64,000 bases of DNA from Desulfatiglandales bacterium (GTDB taxonomy: Bacteria; Desulfobacterota; DSM-4660; Desulfatiglandales; Desulfatiglandaceae): the NCBI GenBank assembly GCA_963662465.1, contig OY759599.1:6944001-7008000 (forward strand). Reading direction: 5' to 3'. The first letter of the stretch is position 1, and each line of letters opens with the position of its first letter. A program made the position numbers and the translations under genes. The notes under the pieces are model-generated. The model was not told where the DNA came from and searched no databases. It was given only the letters and a program-made list of their open reading frames with translations. Shown here in pieces: positions 53,191-63,130 of the stretch.

Positions 53191-53355
53191 GCATCTTTTT
53201 AGGCCCCAAAATAGGCTGAAATAACGAGGTCTGTAATCCAAAGGGCGGAGCTGTATCCCCCCAAAGCTAAAAAACCCATGAAATCCGTGCCAAAACAATA
53301 ACGCCAATAAGGAAATCCTGACCCCATGATTCTCATGGGTGTTCCTCCGGTTATC

Positions 53356-53628
53356 ATGATATTTGAGTGGGATGATGAAAAAAGCCGCAGCAACCAAATC
53401 AAACACGGCATTGATTTTGATACGGCGAGGGTATTATGGGATGACGGCAGTCGCGTTGAAATCCAAAGTCCGTATCCGCTTGAAAGTAGAAGTATTCTGA
53501 TAGGTAAAATAGACAGGAAACTATGGACTGCGATTTTCACGAGACGCGAAGGTGCCGTGCGAATTATATCAGTCAGACGGGCCAGAAAGCGGGAGGCAGA
53601 ACTCTATGACCAAAATAAAATTGGCTAA
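53356..53628 (+). CDS. BrnT family toxin
   Basis: FEWDDEKSRSN.IKHGIDF, VRIISVRRA. Confidence 0.92.
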   Translation: MIFEWDDEKSRSNQIKHGIDFDTARVLWDDGSRVEIQSPYPLESRSILIGKIDRKLWTAIFTRREGAVRIISVRRARKREAELYDQNKIG

Positions 53629-53872
53629 AACTATTGAGGAATTTGACCAGAGATTCGACGACGGTGAAGATATCCATGAATTGATCGATATGTCCGAGGC
53701 CAAGGTTCTTCGGCACGGTCGGAAGATTCGTATCACACTCGACGTGGCGGAAGACCTGGTTAGAGAAATCGATAGCATCAGAGATATGATAGGCGTGGAT
53801 CGAGGGGCCTTGATCAAGGTGTGGCTATACGAAAGGGTAAAACGAGAAAGAGACTTGAATGCCAAGGGTTGA
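53606..53872 (+). CDS. CopG/BrnA-like antitoxin
   Basis: EFDQRFDDGEDI, RITLDV, GVDRGALIKVWL. Confidence 0.88.
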   Translation: MTKIKLAKTIEEFDQRFDDGEDIHELIDMSEAKVLRHGRKIRITLDVAEDLVREIDSIRDMIGVDRGALIKVWLYERVKRERDLNAKG

Positions 53873-54368
53873 AGGCTGCTTTATAAAAATACTTTTTCAT
53901 AACATGCACTTTACTCAATTCAGCAGGCAACGCCAACAAAATCCAAATGTGGCACAAACCCCAAAAGGTCAAACATCCTCGGACACCAAGGCGTTGCCTT
54001 TTCCTGATCGGTTTTACCCCGATCCGGAAAAAACAAAAACCCTTTGCGCTCTTCGCGCCTTCGCGGTTCAATATTTTTTTGTCTTTCAATCGTCAATCAG
54101 CAATCATCAATCCCAATGCGTCCCCCATTACACGTTTGATGTAGTCATGGCGACAAGGCGCCAGCGTCCCCCATTACACGCGAGTTCTGAAAAAACCAGC
54201 TTGCTGGAAAAGCCGGCAAAAATTTAACCATCCGGATCTGAGAAAGCCCCCGGAACCGAACAACCAACCCTGAGTGATATTGTAACCCAAGGGGCGGAGC
54301 TATGCTGGTCCCCAACCCCGGGCGCCCAAAATCTGAAAGCTATTTGAACAATAAGCAAAGCCTGATTC

Positions 54369-55280
54369 ATGAAAATCAACCATCTCGGAGCAAAAAATTG
54401 CGTCACCGGCTCATGTCACCTGCTGCAGACCCGTCCGGCTTCAGCCGGTGGGCTGAGCAATGCCGGCCACATTCTGGGATCATGTTTTATCCGTTTTGAA
54501 ATCCCCACGGAAACCCCCTCTTCAGTGATTTTCTCAGGAGACCTCGGATGCACGGACACACCCATTTTACCCGACCCTGACACACCCGACGCCTGTGATC
54601 TTCTGATATTGGAATCCACCTATGGAGACAGAAACCATACCAACAGAAAAGACAGACTCAACGCTTTGGAACAATTACTCCATAAAGCCCATGCTGACAA
54701 AGGCATTGTTTATATCCCCGCATTTTCCCTTGGAAGAACCCAGGAGCTGATTTATGAACTGGACCGGATAGGAACAAAGGTTCCCGTGTTTGTGGATTCT
54801 CCCCTCGGCCTTAAAATTACAAAAATTTATTCAGACCTTGAAAAATTCTGGGATAAAGAGGCAAAGGCTCTCAAGGCAAAGGGCGACCACCCCATTGATT
54901 TTAAGAATCTCTACGCAGTGGAAAAATACCGGGATCATAAAAAACTCCTGAATATCTCCGGCCCTGCCATCATCATAGCCGGCAGCGGCATGTGTACAGG
55001 CGGCCGCATTGTGGATCACCTGGAACACGGACTTGAAGATCCGGCAAATGATATCTTTTTTGTGGGATACCAGGCAAAGGGAACACCCGGAAGGCGAATG
55101 ATTGAGAAACAAACTCCGGTTAAAGCAGGCATCCATACCCTTACAGGTTATTCAGCCCATGCCGATCAGAACATGCTTGTCAACTGGGTGAAATCCATGC
55201 CCACTCCGCCAGGGGAAATCCGGCTGGTTCATGGGGAAAGCCACGCCCGCCATGCCCTTGCCCGAGCATTGGAATTATAA
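54369..55280 (+). pseudogene. MBL/beta-CASP metallo-hydrolase with internal deletion
   Basis: VTGSCHLL joined almost directly to AGHILGS, HxHxDH absent; FSGDLG, ESTYG, SAHAD, VHGE retained. Confidence 0.8.
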
Positions 55281-55304
55281 TCAATAACCACAATTCGGAT
55301 ACAT

Positions 55305-55754
55305 TTAGTAAAGCAGGAAAATCAGCTTGTCATACACCGTGGGCAATTTGCCTTTCTGACCTCCTCCTGCTTTACGCTGACGTTTACCCTGAGCAAGCTG
55401 TTCCTGATACACCCGCTCTTTCTCTTGTGTCAATGCTATACCAAAAGCATTTTCAAGAGTTCCCCGTTTTTCTGTTGGCACTCCTGTTAAAGTTCGGAGT
55501 TGACGATCATCTTTGATTTCTGGTCTCATTCTGGTATATCCTCCTCAATAAGATTTTGAAGAAGTATACCACCATTTTTTATTGAGGAAGGCCTCTAATC
55601 AATCGGCTATTAGAAATCCCAGACACGATATATAAAAACCTCCAGGATGGTTGGTGGCAGTTTCAACATGATTGATCAGAATTTTTTTCGGAGATATTCA
55701 AGAAATATTTTCTGAGCGTGCGAAATGTAAGGTATAGTTGTTCGGAACAGTCTT
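55305..55754 (-). mobile_element. IS5/ISL2-like transposase N-terminal remnant
   Basis: DDRQLRTLTGV...RKAGGGQKGKL...KLIFLLY; possible end aagactgttccgaa. Confidence 0.6.
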
Positions 55755-55859
55755 TTAAGAGGTGAAACAAACCTTGACATGTGTAATCAGATATGGGCTA
55801 AAATAGGATAAGTTACGTTTGTTTCCAACATTTCCAGCGCAGCACTGGAGAAAATAACT

Positions 55860-56051
55860 ATGGAATTCAACATGTTTTATAAAAAAAAGAATGACTGGTT
55901 TATCGGCCATATCCAAGAATACCCCGATTATGAAAGCCAGGGTAGAACCTTGGATGAATTGAGAGAAAATCTAATAGAGATCTATAGTGATATCAATGAA
56001 GGCCTGGTACCTGACGCTGAACCATTTCAGTTAATGGAAGTTGCAATTTGA
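55860..56051 (+). CDS. HicB family antitoxin
   Basis: YPDYESQGRTLDELRENL. Confidence 0.85.
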   Translation: MEFNMFYKKKNDWFIGHIQEYPDYESQGRTLDELRENLIEIYSDINEGLVPDAEPFQLMEVAI

Positions 56052-56221
56052 AAAGAAAAGAATTGCTTAGGATTATCAAAGCAAACGGTTGTGTGTTTGT
56101 GCGTCATGGCGGCAATCACGATTGGTATAAGAATCCTACATCCGGCATAAGCCAACCTATAGCGAGACATACTGAAATAGAAGCCGGCCTTGCAAAGAGA
56201 ATCGTTAAAAGGCTTTCTTAG
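56048..56221 (+). CDS. HicA family toxin (absent from ORF track)
   Basis: Manual translation MKRKELLRIIKANGCVFVRHGGNHDWYKNP..SQPIARHTEI. Confidence 0.88.
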   Translation: MKRKELLRIIKANGCVFVRHGGNHDWYKNPTSGISQPIARHTEIEAGLAKRIVKRLS

Positions 56222-56371
56222 GCTTTTCAAAAAAGCCCTAAAGTGGGGTGAAAATAACCTTGAAATGGGGAAGTAGCGGTGGGACAGGTAAGTTACTTTT
56301 GTTACCAACGTTCCCCATTCATGTGCCCATTGCAACGCGTCCAATCCTTAATATCGGAGTTTTAGAATATT

Positions 56372-56683
56372 ATGATCTCAGCATTACACGCAAAAGCATA
56401 CCCCTATGTTGATTGTGATCCGGAAATCGCTGACGGAAAGCCAATAATTTCCGGAACGCGGATTACAGTCAGATGCATTGCCGGCTATTACCAAATGGGA
56501 ATGAGCGCTGACGAAATTTTGACGACATTGGCGCATCTAACGCCCTCACAGCTACATTCTGCTTTGGCATACTATTTTGACCATCAAGTTGAAGTTGATT
56601 CTGATTTGGCTGAATCTTCAGACGTAGAGTTCTGGAAATCGCAAGTTACACACCGCTCCAATCTGAAAAGCTTGAACTCATGA
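56372..56683 (+). CDS. DUF433 antitoxin
   Basis: PEIADGKPIISGTRITV, ALAYY. Confidence 0.9.
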   Translation: MISALHAKAYPYVDCDPEIADGKPIISGTRITVRCIAGYYQMGMSADEILTTLAHLTPSQLHSALAYYFDHQVEVDSDLAESSDVEFWKSQVTHRSNLKSLNS

Positions 56684-57020
56684 AAATCGAATTATTTCTT
56701 GATGAAGATGTGCATTCGGGATTAGCACATGCCTTGCGAAAGAGAGGGTATGATGTCATTCACGCTCAGGAATTGGATAGGAAGGGACTGTCCGATTTAG
56801 ATCAACTGTTTTTTGCAATAGAGCAAGAACGCTGCCTTTTTACTTTCAATGTGAAAGATTTTGTGATTATCCACAACGAGCAGGCAAAAGCCCAACAAGA
56901 ACATTGGGGGGGATCATAGTCTCAAAACAACTCCCATTCAGAGAAACCATGTATAAATTTTTAAACCTGCTTCAACGATATCGTAAAGAAGAAATGAAAG
57001 ACCGATTAGAATTTCTATAG
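56680..57020 (+). pseudogene. DUF5615 PIN-like toxin, frameshifted at a G7 tract
   Basis: LFLDEDV, LFTFNVKDF, HWG; continues IIVSKQL...LEFL in another frame. Confidence 0.8.
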
Positions 57021-57182
57021 ATCTTAACACTTTGCGGCTTTGTGCCTTTGCCGCTTTGGACCTTTTCTTCCACATATTGACAAGCGAAAAGACATATGGG
57101 ATTTTTCCAGAATAGTGGAATAGTGACAACGTTCCGCATTACATGCCAACGTCCCCCATTACTATTAACATAAGGTGAAAAT

Positions 57183-57428
57183 ATGATCCCGAAACCACTG
57201 TTTATTCGTGCCGAATGGGACGAAGAGGCCCGTGTCTGGGTTGCAACAAGTGACGATGTTGCTGGACTGGCCACTGAGGGACCGACTTTAGAGGAATTGA
57301 TCGAAAAGCTGAAAATAATTATTCCAGAACTTCTTGATGCTAATCAAAACGAGACTGTCGGTAGAGGTGAAGTGCCTTTCGAGCTTCTGATCCGTCGCTT
57401 TGAGATTGCCCAACGCCTGGGCCACTGA
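57183..57428 (+). CDS. DUF1902 (HicB-like) protein
   Basis: AEWDEEARVWVATSDDVAGLATEGPTLEEL. Confidence 0.88.
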   Translation: MIPKPLFIRAEWDEEARVWVATSDDVAGLATEGPTLEELIEKLKIIIPELLDANQNETVGRGEVPFELLIRRFEIAQRLGH

Positions 57429-57557
57429 TGGCCGATCCAAAAGATTAAAGCAACAAAAGTGCCAACGTCTCCCATTCCCGTCCCCCATTCCAGGAGCATT
57501 ATAGGATGTCCCCCATTACACATTTCAACAACCCATTGCGATATTTGGGAGGAGCCA

Positions 57558-57782
57558 ATGAAAAAATATGAGAGTATCGAGAGCAATCCCAATGTCATGT
57601 TCGGGAAACCGGTAATCAAGAATACCCGAATTACGGTTGAACAGGTCTTACGGAAACTATCCGGAGGGATGACAACTCAGGAGATCATTAGGGATCATCC
57701 ACACTTAAGACCTGAGGATATCTTTGCCGCTCAAGAATTCGCGGCTGATTACTTGGCTGCTGAAGAAATTGCTTTCGGATAA
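57558..57782 (+). CDS. DUF433 antitoxin
   Basis: NPNVMFGKPVIKNTRITVE, HPHL.PEDI. Confidence 0.9.
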   Translation: MKKYESIESNPNVMFGKPVIKNTRITVEQVLRKLSGGMTTQEIIRDHPHLRPEDIFAAQEFAADYLAAEEIAFG

Positions 57783-57793
57783 GAGCCGACAAA

Positions 57794-58271
57794 TTGAGAT
57801 TCCTGACCGATGGGTGTTGTGATGCTGGACTGGTGATGTCCTTAAGAGGTGATGGGCATGATGTCTCATGCGTATCGGAGAGGCACGCCGGCGGTTCTGA
57901 TGACGAAGTCTTGACTGAAGCCTACATCGAAAAACGATTCTCATAACAGAGGATAAAGATTTTGGAGATCTTGTATATCGACTTAAAAAGCCTGTAAGGG
58001 GAGTAATCCTGATTCGAATGGATGTAAACTCTCATGGCAAGGGGCTTTGCCACCCCCTCGCATGAAAATGACATTAAGCTAACAGGTAACAGTTAACAGG
58101 TAACAGCTAACGGCTAACAGCTAACAGCTGCATTTTCATGGTAAAGAAAGACACATGAAGTGGCGCCGATTGAAGAATCTGCTAATAAATCACGAGATAC
58201 GGTTGTCGGGTCATTTTGTTGTCGTTGATGTTAACAAATTTCGGTTTCGGCCCTTGCTTTTTTCAGTATAG
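57794..58271 (+). pseudogene. DUF5615 PIN-like toxin, frameshifted and interrupted by a MITE-like insert
   Basis: RFLTD, ITEDKDFGDLVY, GVILIR, C-terminus FVVVD..KFRFRPL. Confidence 0.75.
58029..58144. mobile_element. MITE-like element with CATGAAAATG/CATTTTCATG inverted repeats and a heptamer array
   Basis: Removing it restores the DUF5615 reading frame (MDVKERHMKW). Confidence 0.7.
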
Positions 58272-58457
58272 CACCACAAAATTCCTTAAAAGCCCCTTTT
58301 TAGCCCCGAAAAAAACTGTTTAAGGACCAAAATCAGTCCAATTTGAAAGCTTTTCAATAATATATCAGTAGGTTGTTGCGGTCCGACCCCAAGAGGCCCA
58401 CATATCAATCAAAAAGAGCAGTATGTAACTGACGTTCCTCTTTTCACCTTGCTCTTG

Positions 58458-58959
58458 ATGCCCCGCGCCAACCGACATTTTATCCCCGGCTATATTTGGC
58501 ATATCACCCATCGATGCCATAAGAAAGAGTTTCTTCTAAAATTTGACAAGGACAAAAGTCGCTGGTTATGGTGGCTATTTGAGGCGAAGAAGCGCTATGG
58601 AACGTGTATCTTGGATTACATGGTTACGCGATCTCAATAGGGTCCGAGCTGGAGTGGTGAGCCACCCATTGGAGTGGGGGCGTTTTAGCGGTTACAACGA
58701 AATTCAGAACCCTAAAGAGAGATACTCGCTCATTGATCACGCACAATTGGTGACTCTTCTCGGCAAGGAGGGCATAGATGACCTCATTGGTTCGCACGCC
58801 ACTTGGGTGGATGAAGCCGTGAATCAGGGAAACAAGCCACGTGAGGTCAAGTGGACGGAAAGCATCGCGGTTGGAAGCAAAGAGTTCGTGGAAAAGATCA
58901 AAGAAAAGCTAGGGGCCTTATTTCTGAGTCGTAAGGTGGAAGGGGAAGAGGCGTTATGA
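58458..58959 (+). pseudogene. REP-associated tyrosine transposase (RAYT/Y1 HUH), internally deleted
   Basis: MPRANRHFIPGYIWHITHRCH..DYMVT joined to DLNRVRAGVVSHP.EW, WTESIAVGS; HUH and catalytic Tyr region missing. Confidence 0.85.
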
Positions 58960-58983
58960 ACTCCACGATCCACAACGCCCCTA

Positions 58984-59154
58984 CAGGCTTACAGAGAATT
59001 CCTTTCCATGGCGGGATCTTTAGCGAAAACTTTCAGAGCTCTTTCTTAAAACCCGTTTTTTAGGGTCAAAAGGGGGGGGGTAAGGGTCTAAAACAGGCCT
59101 CTTTTTGTGGTTATCGTAGTTATTACAAGTTGTTGCTGAGGACCGACCCCAAGA
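58984..59154 (+). repeat. RAYT 3' tail ending G(T/A)CCGACCCCAAGA; copies at 61788-61959 and (partial) 63009-63109
   Basis: Near-identical sequence of about 170 bp. Confidence 0.85.
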
Positions 59155-59159
59155 GAAGG

Positions 59160-59245
59160 AAAAAGAATGGGATAAATCAAATTGTCACATTCAACATAAA
59201 GGATTTCCAGAAATATCCCTGGCTGACCGTTGTGGATCCGCGTGG
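59160..59245 (+). pseudogene. C-terminal fragment of a PIN toxin
   Basis: NGINQIVTFNIKDFQKYPWLTVVDP. Confidence 0.6.
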
Positions 59246-59637
59246 CAGACGCAGTTCATTTCGAACTTCCGCGATATGCCCTCTGCCTTCAGACTCCCAC
59301 AGTCGTCGAGAATAGTGGAATAGTGGCAACGTCCCCCATTACACAAAGAGCGCTGCTTGTGGAGCGCGGGAGAGGGCAGGCTGGTGAAATGGCGGGTGCC
59401 TCGGCTGGATGGTAAAACGGTTTAAAATAAATGGGTTACTTCAATTTGGAGCGTGTAACCCAAGGGACGGAGCTGTATCAGCGCATCGATATTTTCAAAG
59501 GAAGAAGGGGAGTCAGGGGAGTAACCTTACACATTAGACGCTCAAGCCCTTAATTATGTGACGAGAAACTAAATAATTAAAGAGCGTTCCCCTGCCCACG
59601 TCCCCCCATTCACCTTTAGAAAAATGGGAGGTAAGTA

Positions 59638-59859
59638 ATGGAATCGGTTTTAATTGAGAAAGAAGCCATGAAACTGCCGCTAGTTGAAAGAGCTTTGCTT
59701 GTTGATCGTCTTTTGCAGACGTTGGATGCTGAAAAGGATTTATCAATAAAGGCTTGGACAGAAGTGACAGAGAAACGATTGGAGAAATTCCGTGCAGGAG
59801 AAATGGAAGCGTATGATGGTCAAGCCGTTATCGAATCTCTTAGGAAAGAATTACGATGA
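59638..59859 (+). CDS. Addiction-module antitoxin
   Basis: AMKLPLVERALLVDRLLQTL..AW.EV.EKR. Confidence 0.88.
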   Translation: MESVLIEKEAMKLPLVERALLVDRLLQTLDAEKDLSIKAWTEVTEKRLEKFRAGEMEAYDGQAVIESLRKELR

Positions 59860-60155
59860 CCAAATTTCGTATTCTTTCAATAGCTGCCCGTGATTTGGCA
59901 AATGCAATTGAGTATTATGAGACCAAGAGTGTGGGATTGGGCGGTGACTTTCTTGATGAATACGAAAGGACCATTTCAAGGATTTGCAGGTTTCCAGAGG
60001 CTTGGGCGCTTGTCAGCCCAAACCAGCGAAGATGTCTCATGCGTCGTTTTCCTTATGCTGTATTTTATTCCAGGATGGGTGAAGAAATCATTGTAACAGG
60101 TGTCGCCGATCTTCGTATGGATCCTGAAAAGATTCGAAAAGTGCTCCTGAGATAG
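59856..60155 (+). CDS. RelE/ParE family toxin
   Basis: YYE....LGGDF, RRFPYAVFY; ATGA overlap with the antitoxin. Confidence 0.9.
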   Translation: MTKFRILSIAARDLANAIEYYETKSVGLGGDFLDEYERTISRICRFPEAWALVSPNQRRCLMRRFPYAVFYSRMGEEIIVTGVADLRMDPEKIRKVLLR

Positions 60156-60209
60156 GGGATTCGTTATGCCTCGTTTGTCAAGTTGGCGCTGAATGGCATT
60201 GTGGCCATT

Positions 60210-60320
60210 GAACGCCTTATAGCACGCGCTGCCGATTTTGAGGGGAAGACCATCAGTCATTTTATAATGACCAGTGCCTTGGAGCGTGCGGAAGAAACCG
60301 TTCAGAGACATCAGATGAAA
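60210..60320 (+). pseudogene. DUF1778 antitoxin fragment
   Basis: LIARAADFEGKTISHFIMTSALERAEETV. Confidence 0.65.
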
Positions 60321-60419
60321 ATTCTGCACGATATGCGTATATTATTTTCTTCCAGTTCCCTAACGACAACGCCAAAGGCTTTTATGAGCAATTCGGGTTT
60401 ATCCGCTTGTGAGGTAGAG

Positions 60420-60644
60420 ATGAAATTTAGAGCGGTCATAAAGAAATCAGAGGGCTGGTGGATTGGCTGGCTGGTCGATTTGCCAGGTGTAAATGCTCAG
60501 GAAAAGACACAAAAGGAACTGCTTGACTCTTTAAGAATCGGCGCTGAAGATATGCTTTCGATGGAAGTCCCTTTTGAGCCCGAAGCGCAAATGACGACCG
60601 TTATGGTCAAAGACCCGGCATGGGCGGAAAACCAGACTGCCTAA
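60420..60644 (+). CDS. HicB family antitoxin (orphan)
   Basis: WWIGWLVDLPGVNAQEKTQKELLDSL. Confidence 0.85.
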   Translation: MKFRAVIKKSEGWWIGWLVDLPGVNAQEKTQKELLDSLRIGAEDMLSMEVPFEPEAQMTTVMVKDPAWAENQTA

Positions 60645-60802
60645 AATTGCAACAGCTATCGTCCCAACCTGTAGCCCATGGCCCATCGCCTAATGCCTTT
60701 TCATTCTTCGTTTCCTTCGTTACCTTCTGTAAATAGCCCTTAAAAAAAATCCTGTAAAATCCTGTAAATCCTGTCTAAAAAAAAATAACCGGAGACCCTT
60801 TA

Positions 60803-61142
60803 ATGCAACAACACCAACCCAATACAACCATTCAAAAAGCCCACCCTCCCGACACATCCACCTCTCCCAGGGGAGAGGCTTTCCCCTTGCCGCGGCCCGA
60901 GGACTATAACCAGGAATTCAAGAGACTCAAGAAACTGGTGAATGAACAGCGCCTCAAGGGTCGGGAAATCGTCGTTGTCATGGGTGTGGGGTTTGTAGGC
61001 GCTGTTATGGCGGATGGGTGGTAGTGGATGTTCAGTGCGATTACCACAAGGAGAGTCTGGGGAATGTTCGTCAGGGACATGCCGACATAGAGGCGCTGGA
61101 AGAGAGTCTCAAGATTATCGGGGAGAAGATTGAACCGCATCT
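60803..61142 (+). pseudogene. Nucleotide-sugar dehydrogenase fragments
   Basis: IVVVMGVGFVGAVMA (Rossmann) fused to VVDVQCDY...LKIIGEKIEP; ends at the CAACGTCCCC motif. Confidence 0.65.
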
Positions 61143-61182
61143 ACCAACGTCCCCCCCATTCCATATAAGTATTGGAGGAATT

Positions 61183-61416
61183 ATGGAAGCTTTTGAGTTT
61201 GAAACTGTTCATGAAAATGGAATGATCACAATACCCGATGAAATTAGACATAACTTAACGAAGAAACTTAAGATAATTATTCTGACCCAAGAGGAAAAAG
61301 AAACTGCTTTAAGTAAACTGTTGCTTGATGCTCCTACATGGAATGAATCTTATATAACGGAGTTTTATAAAGAAATTCGAGAAGGATATGCAGATTGGAA
61401 GATAGACGAATTCTAG
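61183..61416 (+). CDS. Antitoxin-like protein
   Basis: FEFETVHENGMITIPDE; overlaps the downstream PIN gene. Confidence 0.7.
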   Translation: MEAFEFETVHENGMITIPDEIRHNLTKKLKIIILTQEEKETALSKLLLDAPTWNESYITEFYKEIREGYADWKIDEF

Positions 61417-61790
61417 TTGACACTTCTGTTGTTATTGATCACTTCAGAAAGAAAAATAACCAAAAGTCATTACTTTATGAACTGTCAAAAGATAACAAAT
61501 TGTTTTTGTCTGCGATAAGCAAATTTGAGTTTTTGGTAGGTACAAAACCTTCCCAAATTAGTCAAACAGAAAAACTAATTGAAGGGTTTTTTATTTTATC
61601 TTTCAATTCTAATGTTGCTGCTGTTGCAAGTGATATTGCCAAAAAATTAAAAACAAAAAATAAAATTATCGAATTTAGAGATATGCTTAAGAATTTATCA
61701 AGCCGGGATGTCGCATGGGTGTTGAGTCAACTTGGCATTACCTTTAAGAGGCATGGGAAAGAAGACGTTTTTGATGGGTTGTACTGGCAG
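61395..61790 (+). pseudogene. VapC PIN toxin truncated and fused to a HicA-like fragment
   Basis: ILVDTSVVID, SAISKFE, IEFRDM then LKNLSSRDVAWVLSQLGITFKRHGKED. Confidence 0.75.
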
Positions 61791-61983
61791 ACTTACAGAG
61801 AATTCCTTTCCATGGCGGGATCTTTCGCGAAAACTTTCAGCCGCTCTTTCTTAAAACCCGCTTTTTAGGGTCAAAAAGGGGGTTTTAAGGATCTAAAACA
61901 GGCCTCTTTTTGTGGTTATCGTAGTTATTACAAGTTGTTGCTGAGGTCCGACCCCAAGAAAAAAACAAAGGCGAGGTGAACTT

Positions 61984-62202
61984 ATGATTGATATGTCTGT
62001 TGTAAAGACGCTCTCTATAGAAGAAAAGCTGCGGGTCATGGAAGCCATATGGCAGGATCTAACTGAAGAAGAACATAATGTTCAATCTCCTGCATGGCAT
62101 CTGGAGGCATTGAAAGAGACTGAGCAGAGACGCAAAGAAGGAAAAGAGGCGGTTCTTGATTGGGGAGATGCAAAGAGAGAACTGAGGAAACGCTTCGAAT
62201 GA
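61984..62202 (+). CDS. Addiction-module antitoxin
   Basis: LSIEEKLRVMEAIWQDL..SPAWH..L. Confidence 0.9.
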   Translation: MIDMSVVKTLSIEEKLRVMEAIWQDLTEEEHNVQSPAWHLEALKETEQRRKEGKEAVLDWGDAKRELRKRFE

Positions 62203-62495
62203 AGCTGAAGATCCTTTCTTCTGCAGTTGAAGATCTTTATGAAGCCCGGTTATTTTATGAAAGACAAGGTGAGGGGTTGGGCGATTACTTTTTTGACTCG
62301 CTATTTTCGGACATTGATTCTCTGACGCTCTATGGTGGCATACATGCGAAATTCCATGGCTATCACCGTATGCTATCTAAGCGGTTCCCTTACGCCGTGT
62401 ACTATACCGTACAAAGAAAAGAGCTTGTCCTTGTTCGGCGTGTTTTGGATTTACGTCAAAATCCAAAAAAGATTCGAAAAGCTTTACAGTCGTGA
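62199..62495 (+). CDS. RelE/ParE family toxin
   Basis: FYERQGEGLGDYF, KRFPYAVYY, VLDLRQNP. Confidence 0.9.
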   Translation: MKLKILSSAVEDLYEARLFYERQGEGLGDYFFDSLFSDIDSLTLYGGIHAKFHGYHRMLSKRFPYAVYYTVQRKELVLVRRVLDLRQNPKKIRKALQS

Positions 62496-62683
62496 AAAGG
62501 TTACGCGAAAAACTCCCTTCACGCCTTTCTGTTCGCATGGGTGTTCAAAAGGCAGTCATGAGAGGTTCGGAATTAAGAACGAATCACCCAGTGTTGGAAA
62601 AATTAAGTTGACAAAGTTGCCAACGTTTCCCCATGCGGGCATCGAATCCCTGGGGGGCAAGATCGCCATAAGAAACTATTAAG

Positions 62684-63109
62684 TTCATATCAAGCAAAAA
62701 GCCGTATGTAACTGACGTTCCTCTTTTCACCTTGCTCTTGATGCCCCGCGCCAACCGACATTTTATCCCCGGCTATATTTGGCATATCACCCATCGATGC
62801 CATAAGAAAGAGTTTCTTCTAAAATTTGACAAGGACAAAAGTCGCTGGTTATGGTGGCTATTTGAGGCGAAGAAGCGCTATGGAACGTGTATCTTGGATT
62901 ACATGGTTACGCGATCTCAATAGGGTCCGAGCTGGGGGCCTTATTTCTGAGTCGTAAGGTGGAAGGAGGAGAAGGCCGATATGAACTCCACGATCCGCAA
63001 CGCCCCTACAGGCTTACAGAGAACACCTTTCTATGGCGGGATCTTTAGCGAAAACTTTCAGTAGCTCTTTCTTAAAGCCCTCTTTTTGGGGTCAAAAAGG
63101 GAGTTTTAA
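62684..63109 (+). pseudogene. Second RAYT remnant (duplicate of about 58400-59090 with a further deletion)
   Basis: Identical 63-aa ORF at 62732-62923 and 58449-58640. Confidence 0.9.
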
Positions 63110-63130
63110 CTTACATTAGGATGAAGGAGG

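Noticed and set aside
49566..62634. CRISPR array
   Set aside because: Repeats are heptamer tandems or irregularly spaced motifs separated by genes; there are no constant-length spacers and no cas genes.
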